Shown: positions 63,267 to 64,000 of the stretch, one piece after another
How positions within the stretch are numbered: position 1 is the stretch's first letter
Layout of the letters: the number at the start of each line of letters is the position of its first letter
Notes under the pieces: model-generated
The model's input: the letters and a program-made list of their open reading frames with translations, nothing else
Database searches by the model: none
Told to the model about the DNA's origin: nothing
Translations under genes and position numbers: made by a program
From: Prochlorococcaceae cyanobacterium
GTDB taxonomy: Bacteria; Cyanobacteriota; Cyanobacteriia; PCC-6307; Cyanobiaceae
DNA length: 64,000 nucleotides
Direction: 5' to 3'
Assembly: GCA_044238185.1 (NCBI GenBank)
Contig: JBIIDV010000004.1
Location: 415-64,414, forward strand

Positions 63267-64000
63267 TCACAGCATGGAGGGCAGGCGCAGTTCTGCTCGC
63301 AGGCCGCCTCCGGGAGCCTGCAGCAGGCTGAGCCGGCCCTGGTGGTCGAGGCAGAAGCGCTCCACAATCGCCAGCCCCAGGCCGCTGTGACGTTGCCGCT
63401 GGCGGTCATTGCTGCGGCTGGGGCCTGGCATGGCCAATAACGTTTCCGATGGGATGCCGCGCCCATGGTCATCCACCCGCAGCAGCACCGTGTCCCCCCG
63501 GCGCACGGCACTGATGTCCACCGGCGGCGCTCCATATTCCAGGGCGTTGTCGATCAGGTTGTTGAGAGCCCGCTCCAGTCCATCCGGGTCGAGCTCCACC
63601 AGCAGGCGGGGCACCCGCAGACGAATCAGCCTGGAGGGATGGCTGGCGGCAATGCGGCCGCAGAGGTCGTCGAGGGCGCAGGCCTGGCGGCGATCAGGGG
63701 GAAGCTCCTGCTCCCCCAGCAAGGCCAGTTGATCGGTGAGAGCACTCAGCCGTTCCAGATCGAGAGCCATCGCTTGGGCGATCTCAGCCGGTTCGTCGCT
63801 GAGGCGCTCGCACAGGATTTCGGTGCGCAGCATCAGGCGGGCATGGGGGCCCCCCAGGTCGTGGGTGAGGCCGTGCAGCAACTGCCGCCGGGCCCGGGCC
63901 GTGTTGTTGATCCGTTCCAGCAACCGGTTGATGCGCAGGCTGAGCAGGCGGATCGGGGTGATGCCCTCCTCCGGCAGCAGCGCCAGGGGGCCAGTGGAGT
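63267..64000 (-). CDS. sensor histidine kinase, C-terminal part (5' end outside the window)
   Basis: The frame stays open to position 64000. The sequence has …LHGLTHDLGGPHARL (H-box), LNNLIDNALEYG (N-box), DDHGRGIP (G1) and GLGLAIV (G2). Confidence 0.8.
   Translation of the reverse strand, partial: STGPLALLPEEGITPIRLLSLRINRLLERINNTARARRQLLHGLTHDLGGPHARLMLRTEILCERLSDEPAEIAQAMALDLERLSALTDQLALLGEQELPPDRRQACALDDLCGRIAASHPSRLIRLRVPRLLVELDPDGLERALNNLIDNALEYGAPPVDISAVRRGDTVLLRVDDHGRGIPSETLLAMPGPSRSNDRQRQRHSGLGLAIVERFCLDHQGRLSLLQAPGGGLRAELRLPSML

Overview
This 64-kb window looks like chromosome from a high-GC picocyanobacterium (Synechococcus/Cyanobium type). The signs are a split rpoC1/rpoC2, an hli gene, a ycf35/DUF2997 pair and a bio operon with a BioK-type esterase. 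Positions 1-24.8 kb hold ordinary core genes: hisD, rpsT, tatD, rpoB-rpoC1-rpoC2, hli, rlmN, an SSS transporter, a HEAT/DUF2997/Ycf35/ferredoxin/aldo-keto-reductase cluster, rsmG, a J-domain protein, DUF3143, bioF-bioK-bioC-bioD and a BASS transporter. After 24.8 kb the window is accessory. A small AT-rich islet (24.8-28.0 kb) carries a PEP-CTERM-like secreted protein and a fused Caps_synth/pyruvyl-transferase. A conserved Ski2-like helicase and a DUF1997 gene follow (28.0-31.3 kb). Then comes a compositionally mosaic cell-surface glycan island of about 31 kb (31.3-62.9 kb). The island contains a Kps-type ABC export trio (KpsT-like, KpsM, KpsE), and the KpsT-like ATPase has lost every nucleotide-binding motif I can read. 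It also holds seven ORFs with sulfotransferase-type PAPS-binding motifs (four form one paralog family), many glycosyltransferase domains (GT8, GT2, GT4, CgeB-like), a Tat-signal GH33-like sialidase and a tiny divergent HU-like protein. Two paralogous coiled-coil unknowns are present as well. A CDP-hexose module completes it: rfbF, rfbG, an RmlC-like epimerase and two tandemly duplicated SAF-domain dehydrogenases. The window ends in a partial sensor histidine kinase. I recognised no rRNA, tRNA, CRISPR array, transposase or integrase. Most long ORFs in the six-frame track that lie antisense to these genes are high-GC artefacts. The best candidate for an undescribed system is the sulfotransferase-rich, ABC-transporter-type polysaccharide locus with its degenerate ATPase. 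All functional calls rest on motifs read by eye from the translations; no database search was run.
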